Source of the DNA: Dimorphilus gyrociliatus
Lineage: Eukaryota; Animalia; Annelida
Direction: 5' to 3'
NCBI GenBank assembly: GCA_904063045.1
Contig: CAJFCJ010000009.1
Span: 538,942-602,941, forward strand
DNA length: 64,000 nucleotides
The notes under the pieces are model-generated. The model did not search any database and had not been told where the DNA came from. It was given only the letters and a program-made list of their open reading frames with translations. Every line of letters starts with the position of its first letter. Positions within the stretch are counted from its first letter, which is position 1. Below, piece by piece: positions 50,140-64,000 of the stretch. The translations under genes and the position numbers were made by a program.

Positions 50140-53100
50140 CTATGCAAGGTGATTGTAGTGGGGAATTATTTTTCGACTATTAAAACGCCATCTATTGCGT
50201 CTTGTTGAGTACTTGTCCCAAGTAGGTGTTTCATAATCATTTATCATCAAATTGTCAAGAATATCATAAACGCCGGATTTGGCGGCCACCTGTAACAACA
50301 AACGGCATAAAAAATGAATTTAATTACTTCTCTTCCCTGATAAAAGGAAGCGGGAGAGTAAAAAAATTTTTGACAAAAAGCTTACGTCAGACATCCAATT
50401 TTCAAAAGAGGTTTTCCATTTGAAGCGTCGTTCGCAATGCAAGTATGCATTGAAAAGAATCAGGTACATATATCTTTCTAAATGTTTAAGACTTCGAACA
50501 TATAACCGCTCTTTATCTTCTTCGCTTTTCGCTCCTTTGATCTGTAATACCGTTAACTTAGAAAACTGAGCAATTATAAGAAAAAACTTGGAAAACACAA
50601 TGCGCACCTTTTTAATCACAAAGAATATCACCTCCCTCATGTGGTAATGCATTGGAGTCATTGTATCGCTGCAGCTATCCAGAACAAAGTCAACTTCCCT
50701 TTTCATCTGATGGCCGTTGGGTATTTTGCGTAAAAGTTCCTGAACTACCTGTAAAAAGGAGAAAAATAGCTGACTAAAGAAATATAATTAGAAAATATGT
50801 ACTCGTTCTATCCTTACTTTATAATTTCCTTTTGTTAAATGAGCCCAGGGAATCGATACCCGCTCCTCCTCCCCGGGTTTTGTGCCGTAGGGGAATCCTC
50901 TTTTATGACAAACGATTAAACAAGTTATTGCCATTGCAGTTGTTGTTCTCCCCTTACCAGTTCGACATTGGAGTACAACAGCTGGTCCATCTTCATCTGT
51001 TGAAAATTCCTCATGGCTATTAACAGTTGTTAAAAGAAAATCAAAATCCTGTTCCCTTGGAGAGCAATAATCTCGAATTGGTGCTCGATAGTAAGCTAAG
51101 TCATCCCTACTAAACATTTCCGCCACTTGTCTTGGAGTTTTGACATCTGCAAAAGTTTTTTCCAAGCTGGGCTTTTTAATATCGTCAACAACTCGCACGG
51201 TTTTGGCTTGTTCAATCGTTTTTTTAAGGCTCATTTCTATCTCTTCCATAAATGTTCCAGTTGAATTTTTAATATCAACAGGTTCGTGTAAATTTTCTGG
51301 ATTGCGCCATGAATAGGTTTTTCCATCGCATTCAACAATAGGATCTTCTCTTAGATTTATTAATAAAACTTTAGGATGTTTATATTTATCCCCCTTTAGA
51401 ATACTGATAATTTGCTTTAATCCTTTGTGCGTACATTGTCCGCTCCCATATATAGGAAATCTTTGCAGTTTACGAACGTTTGGAGTAAAAAACTCACCTT
51501 CAGCACCTAACACATCTAAGCCAATGTAGTTGTCGCTCAGCAAAACTCGTTTATGATTCTCAATCACAGTTGGAGGCACTAACTTCTCCCTTATATCGAT
51601 ACTGTTGAGAATTTCATATAACCTAGACTGGCGTCTAGTCCACCTACTAAAAGATTCGCCAAATTGCCATCTATATTGACTATGAAGGTAGGCGTTAAAA
51701 ATTAGCACGAAGAGGTACCTTTCCAAATGGTATAAAGCAATATTAATTGCTTCTTCTGAAGTATTCAATGTTGAAGCTGCTTCAGCAGCATTTTTCAAAT
51801 TGTATAATTTGCTACATGTTCCAAGTGCCCAATCAACTTCATCTTTAACTCTCTGACCATTCGGAAGAACATCGACGAGTTGCTGTATATGCCAATAGTT
51901 GTCGTTTGAAGTTTTCTCCTTTGGAAACTTTAATGGAAATCCTGTTTTATGAGAAATAAGTAAAACAGCCAATATCTTTCCAAGTGTAGACCGATCGGAA
52001 CCAGTCCAGCAGGTGAATAGGATTGCAGGTGATTTCGAAGAAGAAGAAGCATCAAAGAAATTAGGGATTGTCTAAAATAAATTATTGATAAAAATCTATC
52101 GACCAAATGATATACAATAACAACACAAATAAGAGTTGAAAGAGAATATATGTAAAAAAATAGGGATAAAAAGAAACTCACTCGAAAAATATCGAGAAAA
52201 GAATCGATACTTGATTCTTTTGGAAACCCGATCACAGGAAAAGCAAGTCTTATATATCTATACAATAAAATTTTGAACAAGTTAATTGAAAGGCGTACAA
52301 AAGCATTCTTCACCTACCGAACTTGCCCTCTTTTATTGTTAAAAGTATGATCTGCATAGATTTCATCTGTAGTATATAAATCATCCTCGTAGGCGACCCT
52401 GCTAACCTTTTGATGGCTCTTTTCTAAATCGGTAGTTTTATCATAAAAGAAGAAAGTGTTATCTTCTCTTAAACTCGCTAAGTCAATCACCTGACAGGAA
52501 AAAAGCGGGGTTAGTCGATAAATTACATTCGCTATCATGTTTGCATGATTTAAAGTAACAGGGTAAATAGCATCGATTATAAGCTAATATTACACACCTC
52601 TTTCCTTATAGAATGTTCATCATCAACTGACAAATATGAAAGGCAATCTGTCGGCTTATCAAAACGTCTCATTGAATAGGGTATTGCGTCCTTCCCATTC
52701 TTTAAAAACAATATTGGCTCTGTCCTGAGATTTATGAGCAGGAGATCATCTAGATTATTATCTTTACGAATGTGATTGAGAATCTTTCGTAAACCCTGTT
52801 TTGTTGGCTGACCAGAAGAGTAAATGGGATAATCAAGATCCACTTTTAAGAAATTGGGAGATAGTAATTCTTTCATCGTATCACATTCGTCAATATTGTC
52901 CTGGATATCTCGCACCATAAAATAAAGGTTCTGTGAAATTATTGAGTAAAATAATTAAGTAGACGTCTCCTTTTATCCACCATTTAACTACTCTTACCTT
53001 GATCAAAGCATGTTCGTTCAGATTATCAGCAATTTTAGCAAAAACGAGTGGTTCTTTGAAGTCGGTTACATGCTGAAATTCCTCTCTACAATTCTTTATA

Positions 53101-53357
53101 ACAATGGGTGCCACTTGGCTTGTCCGGATCAAAGTTGTATTTTTACCATCGTTATCGAAACCTTTGTATCAAGTTGTTGAATTAGAAGTAAATGCAACAA
53201 ATACGAGAAGAAAACATTCAATTTAGAAACACTTACTTTTTGGCTTTGTCAAATGTACGTTCCTATTGGAGTTTGTACTGATATTACTACTTAGGGGTCT
53301 GTCAGTCGTCTTTTCAATTGTAAGCCCGCTTTCGGGCGAACTGGCCGCACTACCCAT
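50140..53357 (-). CDS. PALD1: Paladin (PTP-like phosphatase), multi-exon
   Basis: Myristoylation-type start MGSAAS at 53357. Paladin-like segments QVAPIVIKNCREEFQ, INLREDP, QCRTGKGRTTTAMAI, KREVDFVLDSCSDTMTPMHYHMREVI and LERYMYLILFNAYLH. Last exon VAAKSGVYDILDNL...RNRW ends with a stop at 50140-50142. Confidence 0.93.
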
Positions 53358-55189
53358 TTAAAAGAGATGTTTCTTATAGAAAAAAAAGATTACGGTATTT
53401 CGGATTGAAGCCTCTGAGACGGTTAAGAGAAACTACAAACCTTTTCCAATCTATTCGCCAGACGGCTATGAGCTCACATGATCCTATAGTTTCGGTTTTT
53501 TTTATAATCAGGTGTCGATAGTGCAACTGACGACAGGCGTTTGCGACGTAAGATATATAAAATGCATTGATTGTACGTTACCTAGGTAACGCTTCTAATA
53601 TAAAATACACAATTCTATTGTTGAAAATGCTCCTTTTTTCTCCCTCCACGTAATCTGTTGATAGCATGAAATAATTTACTTTAAGAAATATCTTGCGTGT
53701 TGTCTGATAATTGATTAAGGAAAGGTAATAATATTTTACTAATAAAAGTATTAACTTTTTCTTCTTGCTCTCTCTTTGCCTAGATGAAAAATAGATGAGT
53801 AAGATAAAAAAGACAAAGAGACTTTTTAAAAATCCTATATATAGTATGTATAGCAGTAAATACTGTCTATGTATACGTATATACTACATGTATAACAATA
53901 ATATAAGCAAATATTTTAATCATTCATAGATGTCTGTTTATAAGTGATTTTTTTTTCCCTTTGTATAAAAGACAACTAATTTGCCTTTTTTTTTCTTTTA
54001 CATTAGAAATACAATACGAAATGTAACGTATTGTACGAGTTTACAGATAAAGGGGTTAAATCGCCATTTACACGTCACAAGATCTACTTTCTTCTCTTCG
54101 TTTTTCTTTAAGTGAAAAGAAAATCTCTTAAAATAAAAATTTCCTTCTCTTCTTTTATTGTAGAAAAAAAAAATTCGACTTAGGCTGAAATTCTTTTCAT
54201 TTTTATGCTTTTTTTAACAGCAAATGGAGAGTACTTGATTATTTGATTGAAAGCAAAAAGGGCTGCTGTTAACTATTTGTTCCTGAGATTGAATTGACAT
54301 CTACCTCGTAATCTTATTATTTAGACTATTACAAAGAAATCTATTGATCATCTTTCTACCAAGATGCTTATTTACAGATGAATACAATATGGCTTTTACA
54401 CTTGCGTTAGTCTGAGTGTGTGTACACAGCTAGTGCTTATGAACTATATGCAGAGGGCGCAACCATACGGAAAAAGTAGCGTTATTCGATATATTTGCCT
54501 ATGTAAATAAATAAATAGTGTTTCTTTTATATAAAGTTTTAGCTTCTTTATTATTTTTGTCTTATAATCAGAGTGTTGAGTGATAGGTAAATTTCTGATA
54601 ATAAAAATATCTCTCTTCAATTTTCGTTGGTTCTTTGATTTCGACTTAACTTTTGTGTTTCACATTAGCTGTTTGTAGTTGATATGTAACTAAATGATCA
54701 AAGGAATTCAATGAGACAGATATCAATGTTCTATATACGCTTTCATCATAAATAGAAATACATTTTTCTTTATATTCATATAAATAACTTGTGTATTATA
54801 TATATATTTAAAAAAAAATTTTGGTTCATTTCATTATAGCACCACTCTCGAGAAATCTCACTGTACAAAATAAAAAACAAAAAAGAACAAGAAGCAAGTT
54901 GTAGAGTTGTTTGTTTTAAATTAACATTTACAAAGTTATGGAACATTTGTAAAAATTTTGAAAGGAAAAAAAAGGCACTTGTTGATTCTTTGATATATAA
55001 AAAATACGAAGGCGATTGTGTAATATCGCCCAAGAAACAAAACGTTCGCAGGGAGACCACTGGACCATAAAACGGCGGAATGGAGGAGCGAAAATAAAAC
55101 AACTTTTACTCGCACATATTATATATCAGGCGAGCGTTTGTTTATTCTATTTGTCAGATGCGCTTGTTGATATTGTGCGCACGCATTCC

Positions 55190-56281
55190 TTAGGGAGACC
55201 GCTTAACTCTATAGTAGTTATCAAAAGTCCTGGACCCGCCTCTTGGTCCGAGACGGTGAACAGCGGCTGGAGGTGACGAGTTTGACGAGGAGGATGGTAA
55301 TGGCGACGAGGTGAATAACGGACGGTTCGTTGTTGCCTCTGAAGAACTATAGCTGAACTTTCTTCTCGTTTCTTTCTCCGAAGAAATGTCGACTTCAGCA
55401 CGTTCTTTAACGGAGGTATTGCCACTGCTATCCACTAAACAAACATTCCGCCTTAAAGATGGTGGAAACTCGCCCGTATCTGCGGGGGGTTTTATTCTAA
55501 AGGGTCTGGAGTAAATGGGTTGTTGATCAGAATTATGATTTGAACCATTCCTGCTGGGTGGTAAAATATTGATATCTACATTATCCGCACTTTGATAATG
55601 AGTAATTGGGTCGTAGAAAAACGGTGATGGTGATCTTCTAACTGTTGACGGTTTAAAAAACCGATTTCGCCCAAGTTTTCTTTTATAACGTTTCTTTTGG
55701 CGGCTAAGACGGATGAGAAGGGTTAAGAGGAGAACTATGATGGCAGCAAATAAAGCAAGGATAACGTAAAGGATTAACCTTTCTTTATTGTCTGTTGAGT
55801 TGAAAAATGAGAAAATAATTAGTAACTTTTTAAGTCCTATTCAGTTCTTTTATCTACTTTCTACTTACCTCCAACGGTTACGTAATTGGAGAACTCTCGT
55901 ACGTCGGAGAGCATTTTAATTAAATTCGGGCGTTAGTAGGTGTATACCTTTTTTAAGCGTGTGTATGTGTACCGTGTCTGAGTCTGTGTCTGTGTGTGAG
56001 TGTGTGTGTATGTGGGTGTGTGTATATATATATATACATATGAGTGAGTGAGCGTGAGCACACTTGCATGCCCTAATGAATATTCATGTATAAAAGTATA
56101 TACGTTTATATGCGTATGCACGTGAACTTTAGTGGTCCGTCTATCTCAAAATATATAGCAACAATGGCGCTCTATGTCTTGTTTACTCACCTTCCAAAAA
56201 TCGCACAGTATCTAACCAATCGGCCACAAATCCCATGTACGGATGCAATGTGGAATTTGCCATAATACGTCCGACTGGCAT
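55190..56281 (-). CDS. Hypothetical Ser/Pro-rich protein, complement(join(55190..55641,56191..56281)); start uncertain
   Basis: A strong donor GAAG|GTGAGT at 56191/56190 is phase-compatible with the acceptor TCAACAG|TT at 55641. The spliced frame stays open for 150 codons to TAA at 55190. The frame is also open upstream to about 56530 without an ATG. No family recognised. Confidence 0.5.
55960..56056. repeat. (TG)n/(TA)n imperfect microsatellite
   Basis: Mixed TG, TGAG and TA repeats. It generates the spurious ORF 55933..56121. Confidence 0.8.
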
Positions 56282-57164
56282 AACAGGGCGGCCTGAACTT
56301 TCTTTTCTGTGTCCTTTATTCCTAAAGGAAGCCGCCCTTGCCAATAGTCTTGTTTTTCTTCGGACCTTCTCTCTATCTAATCCTTTCCCTTCTTTCTTTC
56401 TCTCTCTGTCTCTCACTCTACCAGTATACACACTAGCTAGCGCTACAGTCCCTTTAAAAAAAGAAGAGTAGCGATTGCCGCGCCACCTCAACCTCAAATA
56501 AACTTGGCAGAGAAATTGGAAAATCTGCGAATCATACTTTTCCCGCCTTTAGCCGGTAGTTTCGGGAAAATATGTACTAAACGTACTAAAGAAAGAAAAA
56601 TATCCATTCGTATCATATAAAGTATAAATCTGCAGCTGATTTCCAGACCAAGTATATTCCGACAAGGCCCGCCGGCATGTTTATAGCACGCAGTTAAACG
56701 TGTATAAAAGTGGGGATATACGAGCGGAATAGTTAATTGATTCGCCTTTTTTTCCTACCGATCCTTTTTTAACAGCTTGTACTATTTTTATATAAATATC
56801 ATATAAAATATTATAAAGAACCGGCCTAACTTTGCTTTGCATTACAGGCTCTGTGCCAAAATATCAACAAGGAAAAAAGTATGCACTTGGGCCTATGGTC
56901 GCCATTTCTGCTAATCGTTCTAGCGTTTTTAAGAACCTATTAAGAGGAACCGTGGTGCGACACTTGATAACGATTGCCAGTAGGAAAAGGCGGGCACTTT
57001 GCCAAGTGGAAGAACAAAGAAAAAAGGCGGCAAAGGAACGAATAATCTGCAGATGGCGCGATCGTTGTTTGTTGTAGCCGAAGACGGGGTTAGCTGCCCT
57101 GTTGAACAATGAACGCTACGCGATTCGATTTACAACTTATCTTTTTTGAGATAAAGGGAAAGTA

Positions 57165-58433
57165 ATGACAACCAGATGTACCACGAATGATCATTCAGCA
57201 TCGACGCAAAGACCTGTTAGGAGAGATCAAGTTCTGGCTAATCAACCACCCATTACTAGGGCTAGATATTTGAATATTATGGAGTCTTCACGTCCTGGCA
57301 GGAGAACAACTGCCCGATCTGCAAGTGAGAATCAATCAAGAGTTAGAATAGCTTCAAATTCGACAAGTCGACGAGAACGAAATGGAGAATCGACAAATCG
57401 TGTCACCGCTAGGCAACAATCAGACAATCCTGTTATCCTTGACGTTCAAATAGCTCAAAGTTCTCTGGAAAGGCATCAGCACATCCTTAGAGACGCCATC
57501 TTACAAAATACTCTCAGTGTTTCCGTTACCCCTAGTCCCGCATCGAACTCGGTTGTTCCGAATTTAGCCAATACTTCCGTCAACATTAATCAAACGACTG
57601 TCACCGAACCGACAGATACTTTGCCAGATATTATAAGTTCTAACTCCATGCGACGACCATCAATATCAATTGTCCATTCGTCGAGGACCGATGATAATCA
57701 GAACTTAGAGCGAGATTGCTCGGAATGCTGCGTTAGTTTAATTATTCTTTTTATAAGAGATTATTTTTTTCATTGAATATTTAATAATTAATCGTCTTTC
57801 TCCTTTAATCAGTTCTCATGTGTTACACTGGCAACTAGTCTGCGTTGGGTTTTAATAGGTTTGGCAATGTTTGGTGTTTGTTGTGTGGCGGCGGGAATTG
57901 TCCTAGGAAGTCTTCATGTGACTCTAAAGGAACAAAGTTTTCTAACACTATCTCTAATGTTTATAGGCCTAGGAATATTATTGGTTATTATTGTTGGTTT
58001 TGGTTGGAGGTGTTCAACAAATAGAGAAGAGCCTTGCCACGCGCTATTCGGATTAGGGGATTATGCAACCCCTGGTGGTCGCAGACGAAGGATGACCAGT
58101 AGGCCTGAAAGAAATCGTGGAGGCGGTAGTTTGCCCTCTAGGAGGCCTCATTTAGCACCGCCTACATACGAACAATCCCAGCTAGATCACATAGTTACTC
58201 AGATCCGCCTAGGGCAAACAGACCAAAGTCTCCCGTCGACGGCTCCACCTAGCTATAGGTCTAGAGTTTCGACTAGGCCACAAATAGTCACCAATCGATC
58301 GAATCCACCCAGTTATAGGTCAAGACAAAGTACAATTGAACGACCTTCCATCTTTACGACGACAACTGATGAGGCCCTTCGTCAGTTAGATGTTGTTATC
58401 GCAAGTCACGGCGTGCCAGATACGGCTTTGTAA
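57165..58433 (+). CDS. Two-TM membrane protein with three PPxY motifs, join(57165..57731,57813..58433)
   Basis: A phase-0 81-bp intron joins a long Ser/Thr/Arg-rich N-terminus to two hydrophobic helices (WVLIGLAMFGVCCVAAGIVLGSL and FLTLSLMFIGLGILLVIIVGFGW). The tail carries PPTY, PPSY and PPSY. Confidence 0.75.
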
Positions 58434-59599
58434 ATAAAAGGCCGAAATAACAGCATTTTATTTTATGATTTACATAATCTCTCTTCTTCCAAGTTTTATA
58501 TGCATAGATCATATATTCAGTATTATTTTCAGTTTTTTTTTCTCTGTTTTAAACCTTAGTTCAATAAAATAACAACAGATGGCGCTTTAACAAAAGAACG
58601 ACATCTGTTGAAAAAGTTCCTATACTCATATAACGTAGTCAAGTTTGTAGATTGTACATAAAGAGAGTAAGTAAATACAACAAAAAAAATAAAAATCTGT
58701 ATAAATAGGTATAATAACACATAATAATATAAATGAGAAACTTATGAAATATGGGTGCAAGACGAAATTGAAATAAAAGAGGTACTGCTCGAAATAAACT
58801 CTATATGACGCAAAAACCGTCCTTTTAATTGAGTATGATCAAAGTTGAGCGTTATAAAAGTTAGCGAGTTCAACAAACAATACACTACTCCTTCGCACTT
58901 GCTGGCGTAAGTATTAAGTGTAACTAAGCAGAAAAGAGAAGGAAAATTTAGTGTCAATTGTATCAACGGGCCGACTGTATCCTAGATAAATTCTATTTAC
59001 TGTTTTCAATCAACTGAGAATATTAGTGTCTATGAGGTTCCATAAGCGTAATTTGTTCTCAATTGAATGCTGTCTAACGGTCTAATTCACTTTTAGGCGG
59101 CGTCGCGCTTCTTACTCTTTCAACTTTCCTTCTCGAGTGACGTCCGTCTAATAAGCATAATGGAATTGAGTGGGTGACGAGTGTTTGCGTCGGCTTCCTA
59201 TGTCTATATTGTCTATGTACGACTATTATATATTAGATGCATTATCCACTGTTCAAAGGGATATACTGAGGATATATAAATATATGTATAGATATATATA
59301 TATATAAGCATATTAATAAATTAAAAACTTTATACGTTTAATTGAATGACTTGGAGAAATTTGAGACGATATTAATTTAAGAACAGAACGTAAGATGAGA
59401 AGAGAAAATGGAAGGTAAAACTAACACAGTACATACGTATACAGGGCACGTCAGAAAGTAATTGTAATCTGCAAATCTCCAATGCTAATCGCATCTTGTC
59501 ATGGCCTAACTGCATTACGGCGCATAATCTACGTTACTTTCCGTCTGGCGCGGCCATCAATTATTTAGCGCCACGCTTCTCGACTCTTCCCGTCACCGA

Positions 59600-59632
<33 letters not shown>

Positions 59633-61102
59633 GAAACCCCTTAAGCTTTCCACTTTCTTGATCAAAAGGAAAATACAGGAATATAAAACTCATGGCCCTT
59701 ATTATTATTATTTGTTGAACCTAATACGACGCCGACTAGTTGAGTTGGGATAAAGGCAGAAGGGGTATGGAAGAGGCTAGGATAAAGCGACTTTGAACGT
59801 AACGTATCTTTCAATAATACAAGATGTAGTGGGTATCTTAAGAGGTCTTCATATAATACAAGAAGCCCAAATGACTACTGTTCGTCCGTTCTTCATCTTT
59901 TTCGCGTTTAGTTTTCTTATTTTTCTAGTCCCTCCCATCATGTCGTCACGTGATCCTTTGAGATATTAATTTAACGAGGTGAAACCTTCGAAATGATTTG
60001 TCGGTGCGTAATTTTCTTTCTAAGTGGCTTTTTGCTAATGGAATAGCGCCATATTGCGTCGGCTTATAACGGGGCAGGGGTGAGGAGAGTTTTAGTATAA
60101 GAAAAATTTCGGCTAAGCCGCTAGACGGCGTCGGTATCGTAAATAAAGTTACATTATTGAGGGAAGGGAGAAAAATGCGTTAGACAGTGCTTGATTTGAT
60201 TTGCTGTTTGCAAGTTGTGCTCGAATTGTCAATGAAACATTGTTCGCCAATTTCCACCGCCCTATTATTTTATTCGGCCGCCAATTTCGACAATTTTCTC
60301 GGCGTAAACGCCCCAATTTTATTCCTTTATCAAACGCCATGGCACCAGACGACACTTACACAATGTACAGTTTTTTTTTTACTTTTACAAACTTCCTTTT
60401 GTTCTTTTTTTAACTATTTTTTTATAACACAACTTTTGTTTTTTTTTTTAATTCGATATACGAAGGCATAGGGAGAGAAAAGACTGGTCATTTTCTTACA
60501 AATTAAGCCTATTGTCCAGGTATTCGCAATCTCTTTTCTTTTTCAATAAATTTAATATAAGTAAATCTTCCTATTGTATAAAAAGAAGGTTTTATTTTTC
60601 AAAGTCGATTAATCGCCGGTAGTTATAAGGTAATTAAACGAATAACAGAGTACTTGTGTATTTTTTTTTTGTCTTCATCTTTCAAGTGCAAAAGCCGAAT
60701 GAAAACGTCAGAAAAAATTCTTCTATTTATCTATTCTACCTTTTATCACTTATTATAAACTAAGTAAATTCAACTTAATATATTTCACCTGTACAAGATG
60801 ACTTGTTTCTTAGAAAATTACCATCTTTTGTTAACCTTATGCCAACGATATATCTAACTCAATGGATGTTAAACACTCATCGACGTCAAAAGAGGCCGTC
60901 TTTAGGATAATTACAAACCGGTAAAATAGGTTTACAATGAAGTTATTTCATAACATACAAATGGGTGCGAATTATAAAATTATATAATTAATTATACAAT
61001 TTTGACACATTTTCTTTGCTTCTTCCGGTTCATAATTTCCGTGGAAAGAAATGAAAGGAAAAAAAATAGCTCATACCCGCAAACGTAGAAACATTCAATT
61101 AA

Positions 61103-63216
<2,114 letters not shown>

Positions 63217-63545
63217 TTTTGACGCCTGTTTTGATGAGAAAAAAGCTTGAGTAAAACCGCTATTAATTAGCAAAGCCGTCTTTTGAATAGCAGAGTGACG
63301 GCGGTTTCGGCACGTGCGACCTGTTCGACGTCAATTAAACGCCTCATCAGGTGACGCCCTGAATCGCATGCCAGTCCGTGACTCGTGACGTCGTCGACGC
63401 CCAAAGAAGTCCTTTGATCGAATAATGAGCAATAAAAATTTTTGTCATTATTGTAGTCACCAAATTTAACAGTTATTTTTTTTTATCGTCCATGTTTTTC
63501 AAAGTTCATTAATATTCATATTTGTGATGCGTCTGACTTGCTATA

Positions 63546-63602
<57 letters not shown>

Positions 63603-64000
63603 ATATAGACCTCATCACTTTATACGATACTTTAACAGAATAAAAAAAGGGAAAACAGTATTACATTGTTTCGTAACACACTTCTCGATGTTTTCGGCTA
63701 CTTAGAGCGCACGCAAAATATTTATACATTGTATTAATACTTAATACGTAAGAGATGCAATTGTTTTAAATATATTATGTTTCCCTACGTATACATTTAT
63801 ATATATATATATATATATATACTGTATGTGTACTTCGGTTAGAAACATGTCAAATATAGCCTTTCTTTCTTGGTTAGACGCTCGTTAGGGCAATTCCAAT
63901 TGAACAGAGGGCATGGCAAACCGCCCAGTCGGTCTGCCCCCGAAATATGACGTCACGCTTTCCACTAATTGTTGTGATTAAGCGTCAAATTGGATTAGTA

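Overview
This is AT-rich eukaryotic (animal) genomic DNA, gene-dense, with many 50-60 bp GT-AG introns. The style fits a compact invertebrate genome; a small-genome lophotrochozoan or annelid such as Dimorphilus is my guess, not a result. I reconstructed 17 spliced or intronless protein-coding genes plus one partial CDS by hand. In order: a tetraspanin; glutamine-dependent NAD synthetase, which carries an antisense nested gene for a small secreted peptide; a TTLL3/8-type tubulin glycylase; a peroxisomal D-aspartate/D-amino-acid oxidase; an intronless GT92 glycosyltransferase; a beta-propeller protein; a TMEM145-type luminal-domain protein lacking the 7TM region; a divergent cationic amino-acid transporter; the homeobox gene Dbx; an FMN/Cappuccino formin; TMX1; a second intronless GT92; paladin; an orphan two-exon gene; a 2-TM protein with three PY motifs; and the homeobox gene Drgx. 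I recognised no tRNA, rRNA, CRISPR array or transposon ORF. The strongest leads are the nested, possibly amidated secreted peptide, the putative GPI-anchored TMEM145 luminal-domain protein, a possible CUG start in Drgx, and a recurrent CTCF/YY1-like AGATGGCG motif at gene boundaries. All family assignments come from remembered motifs, not database searches.
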